Positions 1 through 17,711 are shown, counted from the first letter of the stretch. The stretch is 64,000 bases of DNA from the human T2T-CHM13v2.0 reference genome, Homo sapiens (GCF_009914755.1 NC_060947.1); one strand, 5' to 3'. Numbers and translations: made by a program. The notes: generated from the letters alone by a model not told the origin.

Positions 1-780
1 CTCCCCTGGCTAATACCCTGACTTCAGTCAAGATTTGAGTGAGATAGGTAGATGGAATGAGATGGAATTATATTTACAATATTAATTATTTGTTGAAAAT
101 ATTTTCCCAGTTTGATTTTGCCTTCTAAGTTGGTTAATGTTTCCAAGTATTTAGTTTTTCATTTGTATGTTCCAAAAGTCTAACAATAATTTTTTAATGG
201 TTTTGACTTCACTGTAAATTTGTAAATCTTCTTGTACAGAGAATTTTTATTTTATATTTTCTTTTTGGGGATCTTCTTAATGTTTACCTTTAGCTCCTTA
301 ATCCATAGTGTGAGATTAAAGTCTCAGATGATTTTTATTTTGAACAGCTCACCTATACCACCACTTATTGAGTAACTCTTCCCCTGTGTACTGATGTGTG
401 GCCATGTACGCTTTAGCACTTTCTGTAAAGGTAGAAAACATGCAAGAGAAAACTCATTTTCCCCAAATTTCAGAGCTTGGTACGGCCTTTAGCTATTGAG
501 TCCAAGCTTATTCTTTTTTAAGTGGAAAAATTAAGGCCTGGAGTAGTTAACTGGCTTTCCAATGTCATACTACTCAATGGAGGAGCCAGGAGTAGAACCA
601 ACATCCTCTGACCTTTAATCCGAAATTGAGACAGGCATGCTTATTGTACATACAGCTTCAGGTGCAATTTGACAGCACAAGGTTAATTACCCAAATAAAT
701 AAATGGCTATGAGTTGAGGGTCTCTGAAATTCAGGCAAGCCTGTCCTCCTGACTCTGAATCAATCAGCAAATATTTACTA

Positions 781-1600
<820 letters not shown>

Positions 1601-2465
1601 ATTCTAAGCTTTGGAGTTGGGGAAGGAAGTGATATTGCCTCTGGCAAGAAAATAGACATAGGGGATTTGATGGAAGTCTTGTGGTGAGGAAGGTGCCCAA
1701 TGGAGCACCCCTGTTTCCTGCTGCAATGCTGTCACCAAGACTGGTTCTACTCTTTCTTAGTGAAAACAAATACAGTCAGGTAGATGGTTTTTGTATACTT
1801 ATAGTATTTCTACTTTTTTTCTTTTACCTCCTTTCTGTCAATGTCCATCCAGTTTTGCTTCACAACTTTCAACAGGACCATTGCTATTCACTTTAGAGGA
1901 GCATATTACCAAAAAACCAAAACCGAAAACTATAGAAGTGTCTTCCTAGGTCATGAAGAGCTGGGCTGTCCGCTTGAAGCTGTAGGAAAAATACTCCAGA
2001 CCCTAGTCATTCAATCATCCAGTGAGCATATATTGAGCACCTACTATAGGCCTGGAGTTATGTCAAGGGCTGGGGACGCATTGGTGCTTAAGATCCATGG
2101 CTTGATCTATCTAGTTCATGGTCTAGAGGGGAAGACAAACATTTGGATGATGATGACACAAGGTGTCAAGAACTATAACAGGGATGAACACAAGGTACTG
2201 TGGGATCTCAGGAGACAGAATGATTAGCTAAGGTTGAGGGGATGGCAGGGAAAGCGGGTTGGTGCCTGGGAAGGTGCTCAACAAGAGGCATTTCAGCTGA
2301 GTTCTGAAACTAGGAGTTCAACCGGCAATAAAGATTGGGGGAAAGTCATTGCAAGTAAAGGAAGCAGCATGGATAATGGCAGCGGTGTGTGCATATTGGT
2401 CCAAGGCAATGAAATGGCTAGAGCATTGGGCAGAGTGGCAGATGGGCCTTTAAAGGAGATGGGGC

Positions 2466-2600
2466 TGGGGATGGATACCCCATTCTCCATGATGTGCTTA
2501 TTTCACATTGCATAACTGTACCAAAACATCTCATATATCCCATAAATATATACACCTACTATGTACCCACAAAAATTAAGAATAAAAGAAATAGAAAAAT
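2466..2600 (+). mobile_element. Extremely 5'-truncated L1MA 3' end
   Basis: L1MA-type terminus (ACCTACTATGTACCCACAAAAATT) plus A-rich tail. TSD AAAG(G/C)AGATGGGGC at 2452-2465 and 2601-2614. Confidence 0.85.
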
Positions 2601-3549
2601 AAAGCAGATGGGGCGATGAATAATGAATGCTTCTCTAAAGAGTTTGCCCTTTGGCCTGAAAGGGCTGGGCTGTCCACTAGAAGCTGCAGGGCAAATACTC
2701 CAGACTCTAGTAATTCAATCATTCACTGAGTTTGCCCTTTGTCTTGAAACCCCTTTGCCTGCTTGCCCTTTGCATAGAAGACATTTCTAGAAGTATTACT
2801 GCAAGTTTTCACCCTCATTTTTATGTTCTTAGTTATTTTCATGGGTCTTCCTCCCAGGTTGTCCAATGACTGCCTCCTTGGCATTCAGGTTTTAGTCAAA
2901 GGGCACTCATGGGGTTTGTTCCTGACCACCTTGACTAAAGCTGTTACCTACCTCCACCCCGATCACTATTATGTCACTACCTTGTTTTGTTTCCTTTCTA
3001 GCCCTTGTACTAATTTAACTAATTTTATCTTTGTTTTTATCCTCTATCCCTACTACCACCACTCTAGATGCTATAAGGAAACTGTCCGTTTCCACTGATA
3101 TTTACCCAAACACCTAGAATGGTGCCTGGAACATAGTAAATAAACACTTATTTGATGATTGTTTTCTCTACATTGGTTAACTGTACAAGGTGTACAAGGT
3201 ACAAAACCAAATGTTAAGTTGCAAGATCATGTTTATGAATTGGATGAGCCTCCAATGGGTTAGTAAGATTAAGGTTGTTTTGAATTTCTGTAAAATGTTG
3301 GTAATTTCCTTAGACATCTCTGTTTTTAGATTGAGAAATTAACTTCAGAGGAAAAAAAATGTTTTCATTTGACAACAATTAAAATGGGCCAGTATATATA
3401 AGATTAGAGGGGCTTATACTAGTGTTAAATGTGTTTGTTTTGTGATTACCTCATGCCAAATTGCAACTTTTGGAGGTCAGAGAATTCACATGTAAGCCAA
3501 CTTCCTGTCTTCTTACATGGTGTGAGTTAAAGTCTTCACTTTAGATTTA

Positions 3550-5375
3550 CGTAGATTTGGTCTTTTCACATAGTCCCATATTTCTTGGAGGCTTTGTTCA
3601 TTCCTTTTCATTCTTTCTTCTCTAATCTTGTCTTCACGCTGTATTTCATTAAGTTAATCTTTAATCTCTGATATCCTTTCTTCCACTTGATCAATTTGGC
3701 TATTGGTAACTTGTGTATGCTTCACAACGTTCTTGTGCTGTGTTTTTCAGCTCCATCAGGTCATTTATGTTCTTCTCTAAACTAGTTATTCTAGTTAGCA
3801 ATTCCTCTAACCTTTTATCAAGGTTCTTAGCTTCCTTGCATTGGGTTAGAACATGCTCCTTTAGCTTGGAGGAGTTTGTTATTATCCACCTTCTGAAGCC
3901 TACTCCTGTCAATTCGTCACACTCACTCTCTGTCCAGTTTGTTCCCTTGCTGGCGAGGAGTTGTGATCCTTTGGAGGAGAAGAAGCATTCTGGTTTTTGG
4001 AATTTTCAGCCTTTTTGTGCTGGTTTTTCCTCATCTTCATGGATTTATCTACCTTTGGTCTTTGATGTTGGTAATCTTCAGATGGGGTTTTGGTGTGGAC
4101 GTCCTTTTTGTTGATATTGATACTATTCCTTCCTGTTTGTTAGTTTTCCTTCTAACAGTCAGGCCCCTCTTCTCCAGGTCTGCTGGAGTTTGCTGGAGGT
4201 CCACTCCAGACCCTGTTTGCCTGGGTATCATAAGCGGAGGCTGCAGACCAGCAAAGATTGCTGCCTGTTCCTTCCTCTGGAAGCTTCATCCCAGAGGGGC
4301 ACCAGCCAGATGCCAGCCGGAGCTCTCCTGTATGAGATATCTGTCGACCCCTGCTGGGAGGTGTCTCCCAGTCAGGAGGCACAGGGGTCAGGGACCCACT
4401 TGAGGAGGCAGTCTGTCCCTTAGCAGAGCTTGAGCGCTGTTCTGGGAGATTCGCTGCTCTCTTCAGAGGCAGCAGGCAGGAACGTTTAAGTCTGCCGAAG
4501 CTGTGCCTACAGCCACCCCTTCCCTCATGTGCTCTGTCCCAGGGAGATGGGAGTTTTATTTATAAGACCCTGACTGGGGATGCTGCCTTTCTTTCAGAGA
4601 TGCGCTGCCCAGAAAGGAGGAATCTAGAGAGGCATTCTGGCTACAGCGGCTTTGCTGAGCTGCAGTGGGCTCCGTCCAGATTAAACTTCGAGGCAGCTTT
4701 GTTTACACTGTGAGGGAAAACCGCCTACTCGAGCCTCAGTAATGGTGGATGTCCCTCCTCCCACCAAGTTCGAGCATCCCAGGTCCACTTCAGACTGCTG
4801 TGCTGGCAGCAAGAATTTTAAGCCAGTGGATCTTAGCTTGCTGGCCTCTGTGGGGGTGAGATCCGCTGAGCTAGACCACGTGGCTCTCTGGCCACAGCAC
4901 CCTTTCCAGGGGAGTGAACGGTTCTGTCTCGCTGGTGTTCCAGTCACCACTGGGGTCTGAAAAAATACTCCTTCAGCTAGCTCTGTTTCTGCCCAAACAG
5001 CCGCCCAGTTTTGTGCTTGAAACCCAGGGCCCTGGTGGTGTAGGCACCCGAGGGAATCTCCTGGTCTGTGGGTTGCATAGACCGTGGGAAAAGTGTAGTA
5101 TCTGGGCCGGAATGCACCATTCCTCATGGCACAGTCCCTCACGGCTTCCTTTGGCTACCGGAGGGAGTTTCCCAACCTCCTGTGTGTTTCCTGGGTGAGA
5201 AGACACCCCATCGTGCTTCAGCTCGCCCTCCGTGGGTTGCACTCACTGTCTAACCAGTCCCAATGAGATGAGCCGGGTACCTCAGTTGGAAATGCAGAAA
5301 TCACCTGCTTTCTGCATTGATCTCTCTGGGAGCTCCAGACTGGAGCTGTTTTTATTTGGCCATCTTGCCAGCCAC
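3550..5375 (-). mobile_element. L1PA (L1PA7/8-like) 5'UTR plus 5' part of ORF1; rest of element absent
   Basis: ORF1 start MRKNQHKKAENSKNQ at 4034 (minus) and coiled-coil LEKNINDLMELKN. ~1.3 kb 5'UTR ends at GGCCATCTT (YY1 site) near 5359-5367. Confidence 0.9.
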
Positions 5376-5881
5376 ACCCAAGATTATTCTTTAAAGCATA
5401 CAATATTTATCACTGAGTAGATAATGACTATTTACTACACCAGCACAATGAATGGTATACTGCCTCATTACTGTTAGTTGTGAATGAAAGTCCCATGCCT
5501 ATTTCCCACTAGGTCTCCTTTGACATCTCAGAAAGAGGAGACCCTCATTACTTCTGGGCAGGGATGGAATTTCAAGTCCCCAGTAGTACTCTGCAGATAC
5601 TGGCTGGGAGGGAAAAGGGTGCTTTGCTACTGTTTTTTTCACGTGGCTTCCACTATCACCCTTGAAGAGGGCCTCCTTACCACTAGGCCAGGCTAGAATG
5701 AAAGTTCTGGCTACCCACTCAGCTTTCTTTGTCACCACCCTGGCAGTGGAGAGGGAGAAGGGAAGAGGTGCCTTGTTACAGCTTTATGAAGGTAGGAGTC
5801 TAGGTTTACCACTTGGCCTGTGCTGTCATGGGTTGGGATGAGACCGTAGGTTTTTATTTTTTTCCATGGTGTTTGACTGAA

Positions 5882-6568
5882 TGCTATGGTTTAAATGTTT
5901 GTCCCTTTCAAAACTCATGTTGAAATTTAATTTCCATTTTGATTACATTGGGAAGTGGGACCCTTTTTTTTCTTTTGCGATGGTGTCTCTTTCTGTCACC
6001 CAGGCTGGAGTGCAGTTGTGCGATCATAGCTCACCATAGCCTCGAACTCCCAGGCTCAAATGATCCTCCTGCCTCAGCTTCCCTTCACCTCAGCTTGGAC
6101 GGCAGGTGCATGCCACCACACCCAGCTAATTATTTTATTTTTTGTAGAGACAGGGTCTCTCTTTGTTGCCCAGACTGGTCTTGAACTTCTGGGCTCAAGT
6201 GATCTGCCCACCTTGGCCTCCCCAAATTCTGAGATTACAGGCATGAGGGGAGGTGGGATCTTTAAAAGGTATTTAGGTCATGGGGGTTCCACTCTCACGA
6301 ATGGAGTAATGCCATTATCATGGGAATGGGTTTGCCTCCTCTTGCTCACTTTCTTGCTCCCTCTTGCTCACTGTATCATCTTCTCTTTGCCCTTCCACTA
6401 TGTGATGCCTTCTGCCATATTATTATGCAGGAAGAAGGCCCTCACCAGATGGCAGCACCTTGATCTCAGACTTCTCAGCTTCCAAAATGGTGAGCCAATA
6501 AATTTCTGTTTATTGTAAATTACCCAGTATGTGGTATTCTGTTGTAGTAGCAAAAACAAACTAAGACA
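5882..6568 (+). mobile_element. MaLR solo LTR (MST-type) containing a minus-strand AluJ (~5963-6246)
   Basis: TGCTATGGTTT...CTAAGACA termini. 5-bp TSD CTGAA at 5877-5881 and 6569-6573. Confidence 0.85.
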
Positions 6569-8771
6569 CTGAAGTAGGGTGATTATTTTCTAAAAGTTTT
6601 CCGTCTCGTTAGCCTGCCATTTTCCTGGTCCTTTGGCTAGAGAGAGCAGGTTTTTCTTGAAACATTTTAAGTCTGCAGTCATTGGTGCTTCCTGGTTACA
6701 GGGTTCTAATAACCCAATTAAAAATATATGAGGCAAGAATAAAACCATAGAATTTAATACCATGACATTCCTTGGGTCCCAAGTCCCCTAGTTGCTCATT
6801 CCCCTTTTCTCCACCTTTTAGAATCTTCACATGTTTTTTTGTATGTAATGTCCAGAGTTGTTAATTGTAGTTAGTGGGAGAAATGTAAAGTAGTGCATCT
6901 GCTCTTCCATCTTTTAAATATTACCATTTTAGGCACTGGAGACATTTTGATGCAGCTATTTTGGAATAGCTTCAGAACAGTTATGTTAAAACGTGGGAAT
7001 ACTTTTATTACTAGGTAACGTACACAAGATCATTTTTGCCTCTTACTTCATCCTATCCTTGACCTCCTTGGAAGTGGAAGTTCTTTTATCTCTCTGAAGT
7101 AAAGCAGAACTGCTTCAGATAAAATGCGGTCCCTTCTACTTGCAGAAGAGACCTTCTGTTGAATCTTTCTCTGGTTCCTCCTTATATAGTGCCCATTAAT
7201 GGCTCATCTGATTATCTGAGGAGAAAAGAAATGGCATTTACACCAAGGTGGAAATAGAAATAGAAGTTGGGAGCCTGTAGCATCTGATTTATTCTTGCAA
7301 CAAATTACTACTTAGCTCTTATACTTATCCTGAAATGGTTTTCATTAGAGTGGAGACAGAGACAGTGATTAGCCGTGAAGTCAATAAATAGTAAATTTTA
7401 GTCTAAGGCAACAAAAGTTACTGAAATAATGTCTTCAATGGCAGAGTTTATGATTACCTCAAGATAAGGTAACCTATGGGTAAATGGCTTGCCACTTTTC
7501 TGGAAAAGTCATCACTATTGTTCTTGGAATTTTCCTCCCTTCTCTTTCAACATGAAGTGATAGCTTTTGCCACCAGCTCTTAACTTCTGTTGCTCAGGAC
7601 TCTCAGGTGGAAATCGGACAGAAGACTCAGGACAGAAGACTAGAGACAGAAGAAGCCTACCTAGAGTTATGCAAATTAACTGAGCCTATTGAGTAAATGT
7701 TGATTGTATACAATATACAGTACATATATCCTTTAGTTAATACTGTCAAAGTCCATGGAGAGAACCCTCAGATTTAAATGGCAATGAATAAGGAGAGTCT
7801 AATATTTGGCTTAATAAACTGACTTACAAATTATGTGATTTTAAATAGATAAATGAGTTTTGAGATGGTATTCCTCAATACATTTTTTTTTGCCTAATTG
7901 TTTCCCTTGAGCATTATAACTGTTAAGAGCTGTAATCTTGGAATCAGACTGCATGACTTCAATTTCTAGCTTTGTCATTTAACTATTTGTGAGACTTGGG
8001 GCAAATTATCTAAATTTCAGAGGCTTGATTTCTTCAGTGGTAAATTGAGCATCTTGGCAGCACCTATCTCTTAGAGTTATTGTGAGATTTAGCTGCAATA
8101 AAAATTATGAATCCCTAGAAAAAGCTGGCCCATTATAAGCATTCAATACATGTTAGCTAAAATAATAAACATTTTTTTCAGAACACATCTAGTTATGTGG
8201 ATGTATCTCAGCTGCTGACAGCATTTATTGGCCCTTGTTTTCTCCCCTTCTGACCTCTGAATAAGGTGTATAGTTGGATAGTGTCTCAGTTTTCAGGTGC
8301 TTCATTGTAGTACAAGGGCCTTAACAAAATTTTGGGCTCATTTTATTATGAAAACTTGTGAGATTGTAAGGAACTTTTTTGTCCAGAAAGTCTGGCCGTC
8401 GGTAGGTAATAATTTTAGGGATTTGACCTGGTGTAACAAAAAATCAGGCAAACCAAATAGAAAATGTGGTTGAGATGAAGGTGTCACCCTTCCCTCTCAT
8501 CTCATTCTGATTTGGGTCTCTTGTGAGACTGTAGACTGAGAATGTATATCTGGGGCTGATATGCCTGTACTTATGTATATCAGTTTCTTACTATTCAGAA
8601 TCTCCCTTAGGGAATACTGATTCCTATTTACTGCTACTTTTTAATACCATCTGGAATGACTTTTGCTTATCATTGTAACTTAACATCCAAAAATACATTG
8701 CATATTTAGCCTTTTTAGCCTTCTTAAAGAGGATATGATGGTTTTCTGAAGAATAATGCCAGATGATAGTA

Positions 8772-10257
<1,486 letters not shown>

Positions 10258-13200
10258 TATGTAGCTATAGTTTAAAAAATTATTCTTCATCTTAAGTTTT
10301 TAGGAAAATATTTAAAGGTAAATATTTTTAAAAGATGGCAGTAGGGAAAGATGGAAGATATCAGATAAATATATTTTAGTTTGCCAAAATAGCAACATGA
10401 AACCAGTTATTTTTTGTGCCAAATTTTCAGTCACTGAATTAGATCGAAGGCTCTATAAAGTGTTTTTTTCCATTACTTATTAATTCACCAAAATTTATTT
10501 AGTGCCTACTCTGTGTCAGGTACCTTGCTGGGCTGTGGTTATATTACTGAAAACTAGATGAACAAGAACTCTTCATTCATGGGATTTCAATCTAGTGGGT
10601 GTGGAAGGTGAAGACAGAGGATCAAAAAGGTAAACAAATAAGGGTAATTTCAGGATAAGGGTTCTGAAATAAATACCATCCTGTGATAAAAAATACATAG
10701 AGGGGAATTACTAGGTAGCATGATTTGGGGAGGCCTCTATAAAGGAAAAACAGTTAAGCTGAAGTTTGAGGATAAGAATGAGATACAAGATATTTAAATA
10801 AGATATAAATAAGATATTGAAAAATCTGAGAAGAGAATTCTAGGAATTGGAATGAATAACAGAGAAGAACTTTGAGCATTCTTACAACTGAAAGAAGATC
10901 AATAATATTTGAGTAAAGAGCATACTGATACTGTTAATTCTTTAAGTGTTTGGCAGAATTTACCAGTGAAGCCATCTGATTCTGAGCTTTTCTTCATTGA
11001 GAGGTTTTTGATTAATAGTTCTATTTCCTTACTTGTTATAGATCTATCCAGATTTTCTGTTTCTTCTTTGGTCGTTTTATTAGTTTGACAATTTATAGAG
11101 ATAAAATTGTTCATAATCATTTATAATCCTTTTGATTTCTGCAAGTTTTGGAGTAATACCACACTTCCATTTCTAATTTTAGTTATTTGCATCTTCTCTT
11201 TTTTCCATAGTCTAGGTACAGACTTGTCAGTTTTGTTGATATTTTTTCAATGAACCAACTTTTTGGTTTCAGTGATTCTGTTTTGTTTTCTGTTCTCTAT
11301 TTCATGTATTTCTTCTCTAAATTTTATTTCCTTTATTCTGCTAGCTTTCGGTTTAGTTTACTTTTATTTTTCTAGTCTTTAATATGTAACATTAGGTAAC
11401 TGATTTTGAGATACAGCTTCTATTGTAATGTATTCTATTGTAACATTTAGAGCTATATATAGCACTGCTTTTACTTCCTTCTACAAGTTTTTGGTATGCT
11501 GTGTTTTCATTTTCATTTTTATAAAAGTATTCTCTGATTTCCCTTGTGGTTCCTTTCTTGACCCATTGGTTGTGTCACAGTCAAATAAAATATAGAGAAA
11601 TTAAAACATTTTATTTGGGAAGAAATAATCGTAATTTGGGGCACGCTCACAAACTGGATGGTCTTTGTTATATCTGAAGAACAAAGAGAAGGTTAGAGGT
11701 TTTATAAAAAGGATCAATGTTACATATTGCTCTTCAAGAAAGTTCATTGCAATTGGTAAGGTTTGGGGGAGCTGACAAGTTATGATTGGGGAGTGATGGC
11801 AATGAGCAAACCAAGTCTTAGAGTTGCAGAAGGTTTTTCAGCAGCCATTAGATAAAACTGGTTTCAAGTTACAGCAGGCAGTTTCAACAGCCAACTTGCT
11901 GAGAATTATATTTTTCAAACCACGTTATGTGCCCTGAATGCTTTCTTCCCCAGACCTCTCAACTCTGTTTTAGTTGGGTATGATAAGAATGACCCAATTT
12001 GTATAATTGACTTTCACATTTCCCCCTTTCGATCAAGATCTTTCTGTGAAAGCATGGATGATCAACAATTTTGCAGTTAGTTTTAATCGTCCCTTGGCTC
12101 TGTGATGGGCCTATCCTGGTTGTCTCTGTCCCAAGTCAGGGGGAAGGTATGGGAGGTGTCTGTCAGGGATCTTGGACGTATTTAAGTAACAAAGAAGCCA
12201 GAAGAAAAAGTCTCAGGGTAGGTTTGTTTGGAGTCCAGCATTGAATTCCATCTTATCAGTTTTAGGCATCGGCAATCATCCTGAAGTGTTGAGCTAACAT
12301 TATCCTGTTAGGAGAATTGGCTTTACACAGATTAGTCAGGCAATGAGGATGAAGTTTAAAAATCATAATATAAACAATTAACAATATAAAAAATTTAGTT
12401 TGTACAGTGATTTTGAACTAAGCATCAAGCCTGAGGGCAACAAACTAAACAAATCAATAGACCATTGGGGAAACTGGGTGAGACCCGTTGAGACCGGTAG
12501 TATTTTATGATTGGGTTGAATTAAAGCAGAGAATGCCAGCTTTGCAAAAGGAGTCACCAGTACAATTTGAACAAAAAGTTGTCTTAGCGATATTGCCAAA
12601 GTTACCCACTAGGTGGACTCAAAGGATTTCTTAGATTGGGTTTTGTCAAGTTACCTATATGGGTTACGGATTGTGAAATCTTAACTACAGAATTATTCTG
12701 CCAAGTCAAATAGGCATCATTAAGGGAGGTAAGAGTCTCATTATGATATGGAGTCTTGTTCTGATGTCTTAAGAAAAGTTGTTTACAGCATGGAAAATAT
12801 CAACCTCTTATCCTTGTTTGCAGTTTGAATGTCTCTTGATATGGCATCAGGCAGCTTGGTGAGCCTTCTGTGTGGCCTATACATCAGGCACAAGACAAGC
12901 ACTTTAAAATTTATCTAGTTTCAGCTTATAGGGCTTTAGAAACAGAACAGTTTACGTTTCAGTAATGTTTTGGAACAATGTCGCATTGGAGTAACCCAGA
13001 AAAATTTAGGATGTAGACTAATCTATAGGTATATAACAAAAACTCAAAAACAGTGTACAGGGTTTTAATCTAATAATAAGTATATTATAGTTTCTCTTTG
13101 GAAACATAACTTTTTCCTTTATTAATCACATAGGATTCTCAGATTTACAAGCGTCTTGAGGCTAAGAAGCCAAACCAATGCAGATTTTAGATTTTGTTTA

Positions 13201-13299
13201 CAGTCTTAAGGTCCCCAAGCCTTCCAGGAAGTGACAATATTTATTTATTTACTGTAGGGCTGGGAATACTTGAAGTCAGGCATTTTATGCGTATTTTCA

Positions 13300-13610
<311 letters not shown>

Positions 13611-13619
13611 ACTTCATAA

Positions 13620-13990
<371 letters not shown>

Positions 13991-16900
13991 TTACACAAAT
14001 CTTATTACGATGTTACTCAGAACTTTGAAAACATGGTTGGACTATCCGCTCTGTCTCATATTTCCTCTTCCTTAAATAACCAGTCATTTAATTTTCACAC
14101 AAAAATATTTACCACAAGATTTTTTCTTACACAAAATTTTCTTTTTCTCAATAATGAACATTTTTATTCCTGTCACACTTTTTTTCTTTTAAAAACATCT
14201 CTTTTTGGCACACTTTACATACAGAATTTTATATATTAATTAGAATTTTCAACTCTTGGTAACTTTAAATTTTAGTGGAAACCTAGGAAGTAAGAAATTT
14301 TGAGTTATCTGTCATGCATTTGTATTTTATAGATGAGAACAATTTTATAATTTTTAGAAACATGTTTCATTATAACATAAAATTTCCCTTAATTGTAAAT
14401 GATCCAGACATTTAATGAGTATTATTTTTCAATTTAAAACAACATAACTTTAAGATTTTAAATTACATGAAAAGTTCATTTATAAACATTTATTCCATTT
14501 ACAGTTATCTAATTTAACAATTATATATAGATTGCCTATGAAAACTTAGATATTAGATGGAGCTAGTTATTTCTTTCAAGTTTTTTTTACTAACCAAGTT
14601 TATAGCCTATTACCTGACTTAATAGGCTATAAACTTGGTTATCCATGTATTTAATCAGGTGTTTGCCTGGTTTAGTAGGCTATAAACTTCAGAGTTAAAT
14701 ACGTGGATATCTTATTGTTATCTCAGGAGATGCAACTGTTTTTATTAAATCAACAATATTAAATTTAAGAATATTTATCAAAAAAGTATGCAAAGATCAT
14801 TCTGTTTTAGGCTGATTTTATAGCTTTATGACCTTTATGTCAAACCCTGACACTTTAAAATATTCGTGAAGTTTATAAGACTGTCTGAATTGTAAACCCA
14901 GGAAAAAGTGTACACTAACAATTTTGAAGACTGTTTTACCAATAATTTTAAATCCAAACTATTTGTTAAAGATTTACTTAAGTCATGTGAACTTAAAAAA
15001 ATTGGTTTAATTACTATATATTTTATGAGTACTCATTTATTTAAACCAATTGGAATAACATTCTTTTAGGGATTTTGGCTAACTACACCAGATTTTATTA
15101 TGTAGACACAACATACAGCATAAAGCATGTATATATGTATAAACACACCTAAATACATATACATATAAATAAAAATCTCATAGCATTTATTTTAGAATTC
15201 TAGTCATGAGATAGTAAAATACATCAACTCATCAGTTTATGGAAATCTGTTGGATCCAAATCATTTATCTGATGAAATGTGACAAGGCTAAACTTTAAGA
15301 TTTTTAAAAATGGCAGTCTTATAAAGGCTGTGAACCAAAATTTGGGTAAAGCAGTTTGAGTCAGTTACCAATATACTGGATTGGACAAAGGACAGTTAAC
15401 TGTGAAAATGTGACTGAATTATGGGAGGAGGCCCAAAAGATAAGAGTTATTCTAACAGAGTCTATACAGTATTATTTTTTGGTCTCAATTCTTTGTCCTT
15501 GAAGATAAGAATGTTGCCATTCCCCTTAGTATAGGATACATTTGTCTTCACATGGGAATTTCTTTTTTTTTTTTTGCAAAGGAAACAGCATGAAGATCAA
15601 AATGATTTTTTTATACCTGCTGGTTTTCAAGTGTTTTACTTAAATAGTATGTTAGAATAGCTCAGGAGTTTTGGAAAAAGAGAGTTTATCTTAGAGAAGC
15701 ATAAAGAGAAATTTTAAGAAGGGGAGGGGAAAACTGCAGAGAGGAAAGAGTTCAGCCAGCTTTGAGACAGTATTTTGTATGAGACAATCTTTGAGTTCTG
15801 AATGATTTTCTCTCTTTTATCAGATCTCAGTGAGATATGCGTATCTTATTTGGAGTATATGCTTTTATAGCCATGATCTTTTGGTTTAGTTTTAAGAACA
15901 GCAGACTGAATGATTCCTATAATATTTGAACATGAGTCCCAGAAAATATCTTGGCATGCCTTTGAATTTTGAGAGCCCATTTTGTGAGTGCTCTGATTTA
16001 ATACCAAATACACAAAAGCCAATTAAATGCAAGAGCTGAATACTCAATGACCAAATAAACTCAAGCACAGACAGAAAATAAAGTATACGCTTACCAAGAA
16101 TAATGGTAAGTTGCCTTCTCCAACTGAAGGGAAAAGGAAAGATCCCTTCACCAAGGTCTCAACCTGAAGGGGAAAAAAATCCCTTAGCCCAGATTCCAAA
16201 GCCAGGGTCTCCAAGGGGAAGAGTACTCTTGAATAGTAGCTCTCCCAAGTAGATCAGGCATAAAGGAGAAAAAAACCCTCCCCATCCAAGTCCTAAATAA
16301 AACAGAACTCAACCCAAATCAGGAATTCAGTGCAAGAGAGACTTGCCAAGGGGAAAAGAGGCAATCTGCAGAAGTGGGGGGATCATAGGGCCCCAGTGTG
16401 CGTTCCTTATGCTGTAGTTCCAAGGGCTGGTGATTTTTCTCCAAGGTTAGACAGCTTTGGACCCCACTTCTGTCAAGTATGTCAAAATCAAATAAAATAT
16501 GAGATAAATCTCTGAAATTAAAACATTTTATTTGGGAAAAAAGAATCCCAATTTGGGGCATATGTGCTGACCACGTACGTGGTCTCTGGTATGTCTAAAG
16601 AATAAAGAGAAGGTTAGAGGTTTTATAAAAAAAAAAAGAGAAATGTTATGTATTACTTGTCAGGAAAGTTCGTTGACACTTAGTAAGGTTTTGGGATGCT
16701 GGAAAACTCTGATTGGTGAGTGACAGCAGTGGGTAAAACCAGTCTTAGAGTTGCAAAAGTTTCTTTAAATAGCCATTAAATAAAACTGATTTCAAGTTAC
16801 AGCAGGCTTGCAAAGAATTACATTTTTTGGAGCAATGTTGTGTGCCCTGAGTGCTTTTTTCCCCTTGAGCTCTCAACTCTGTTTTAGTTGGGTATGACAA

Positions 16901-17486
16901 GAGTGACCAAATTTATATGATTAATTTGCACAGTTGTTTAAGAATATGTTGTTTAATTTTCACATATTTATGAATTCTCCAATATTCTTTCTGTTATTGA
17001 TTTCTGGTGTCATCCCTTTGCTGTCAGACAAGATGCTTTGTATGATTACAATATTTTAAAATTTACTGGGATTTGTTTTGTATCCTAACATGCAATAAAT
17101 TTTGAAGAATATTTTACATGCACTTGAGAAGAATATGTATTCTACTATTGTTTGGTAGAATGTCTATCTGTCTGTTGGATATTTGGTCTATAGTGTTGTT
17201 TAAGTCCTGTATTTTTAAATTGATCTTCTGTCTAGATGTTCTATCCATTATTGAAAATGAGACATTGAAGCCTCCAAGTATTATGGTAGAACCAAGTATT
17301 ATTATCTGTTTATCTTTTCAATTCTGTCAATAATTGCTTCATGTATTTTGGGGCCCTTTTGTTGGTACACTTATATCTATAATTGTTATATCTTCTTGAT
17401 TCATTTATTAGTATATAATCTCTTTTTTGTCCCTTGTAACAGTTTTTGGCTAAATATCCATTTTGTTTATTAATATAGCCACTTAA

Positions 17487-17711
<225 letters not shown>

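Noticed and set aside
7615-7655. Short tandem GACAGAAGAC repeats (similar trivial ones at ~3180, ~10790, ~56240)
   Set aside because: Ordinary slippage products.
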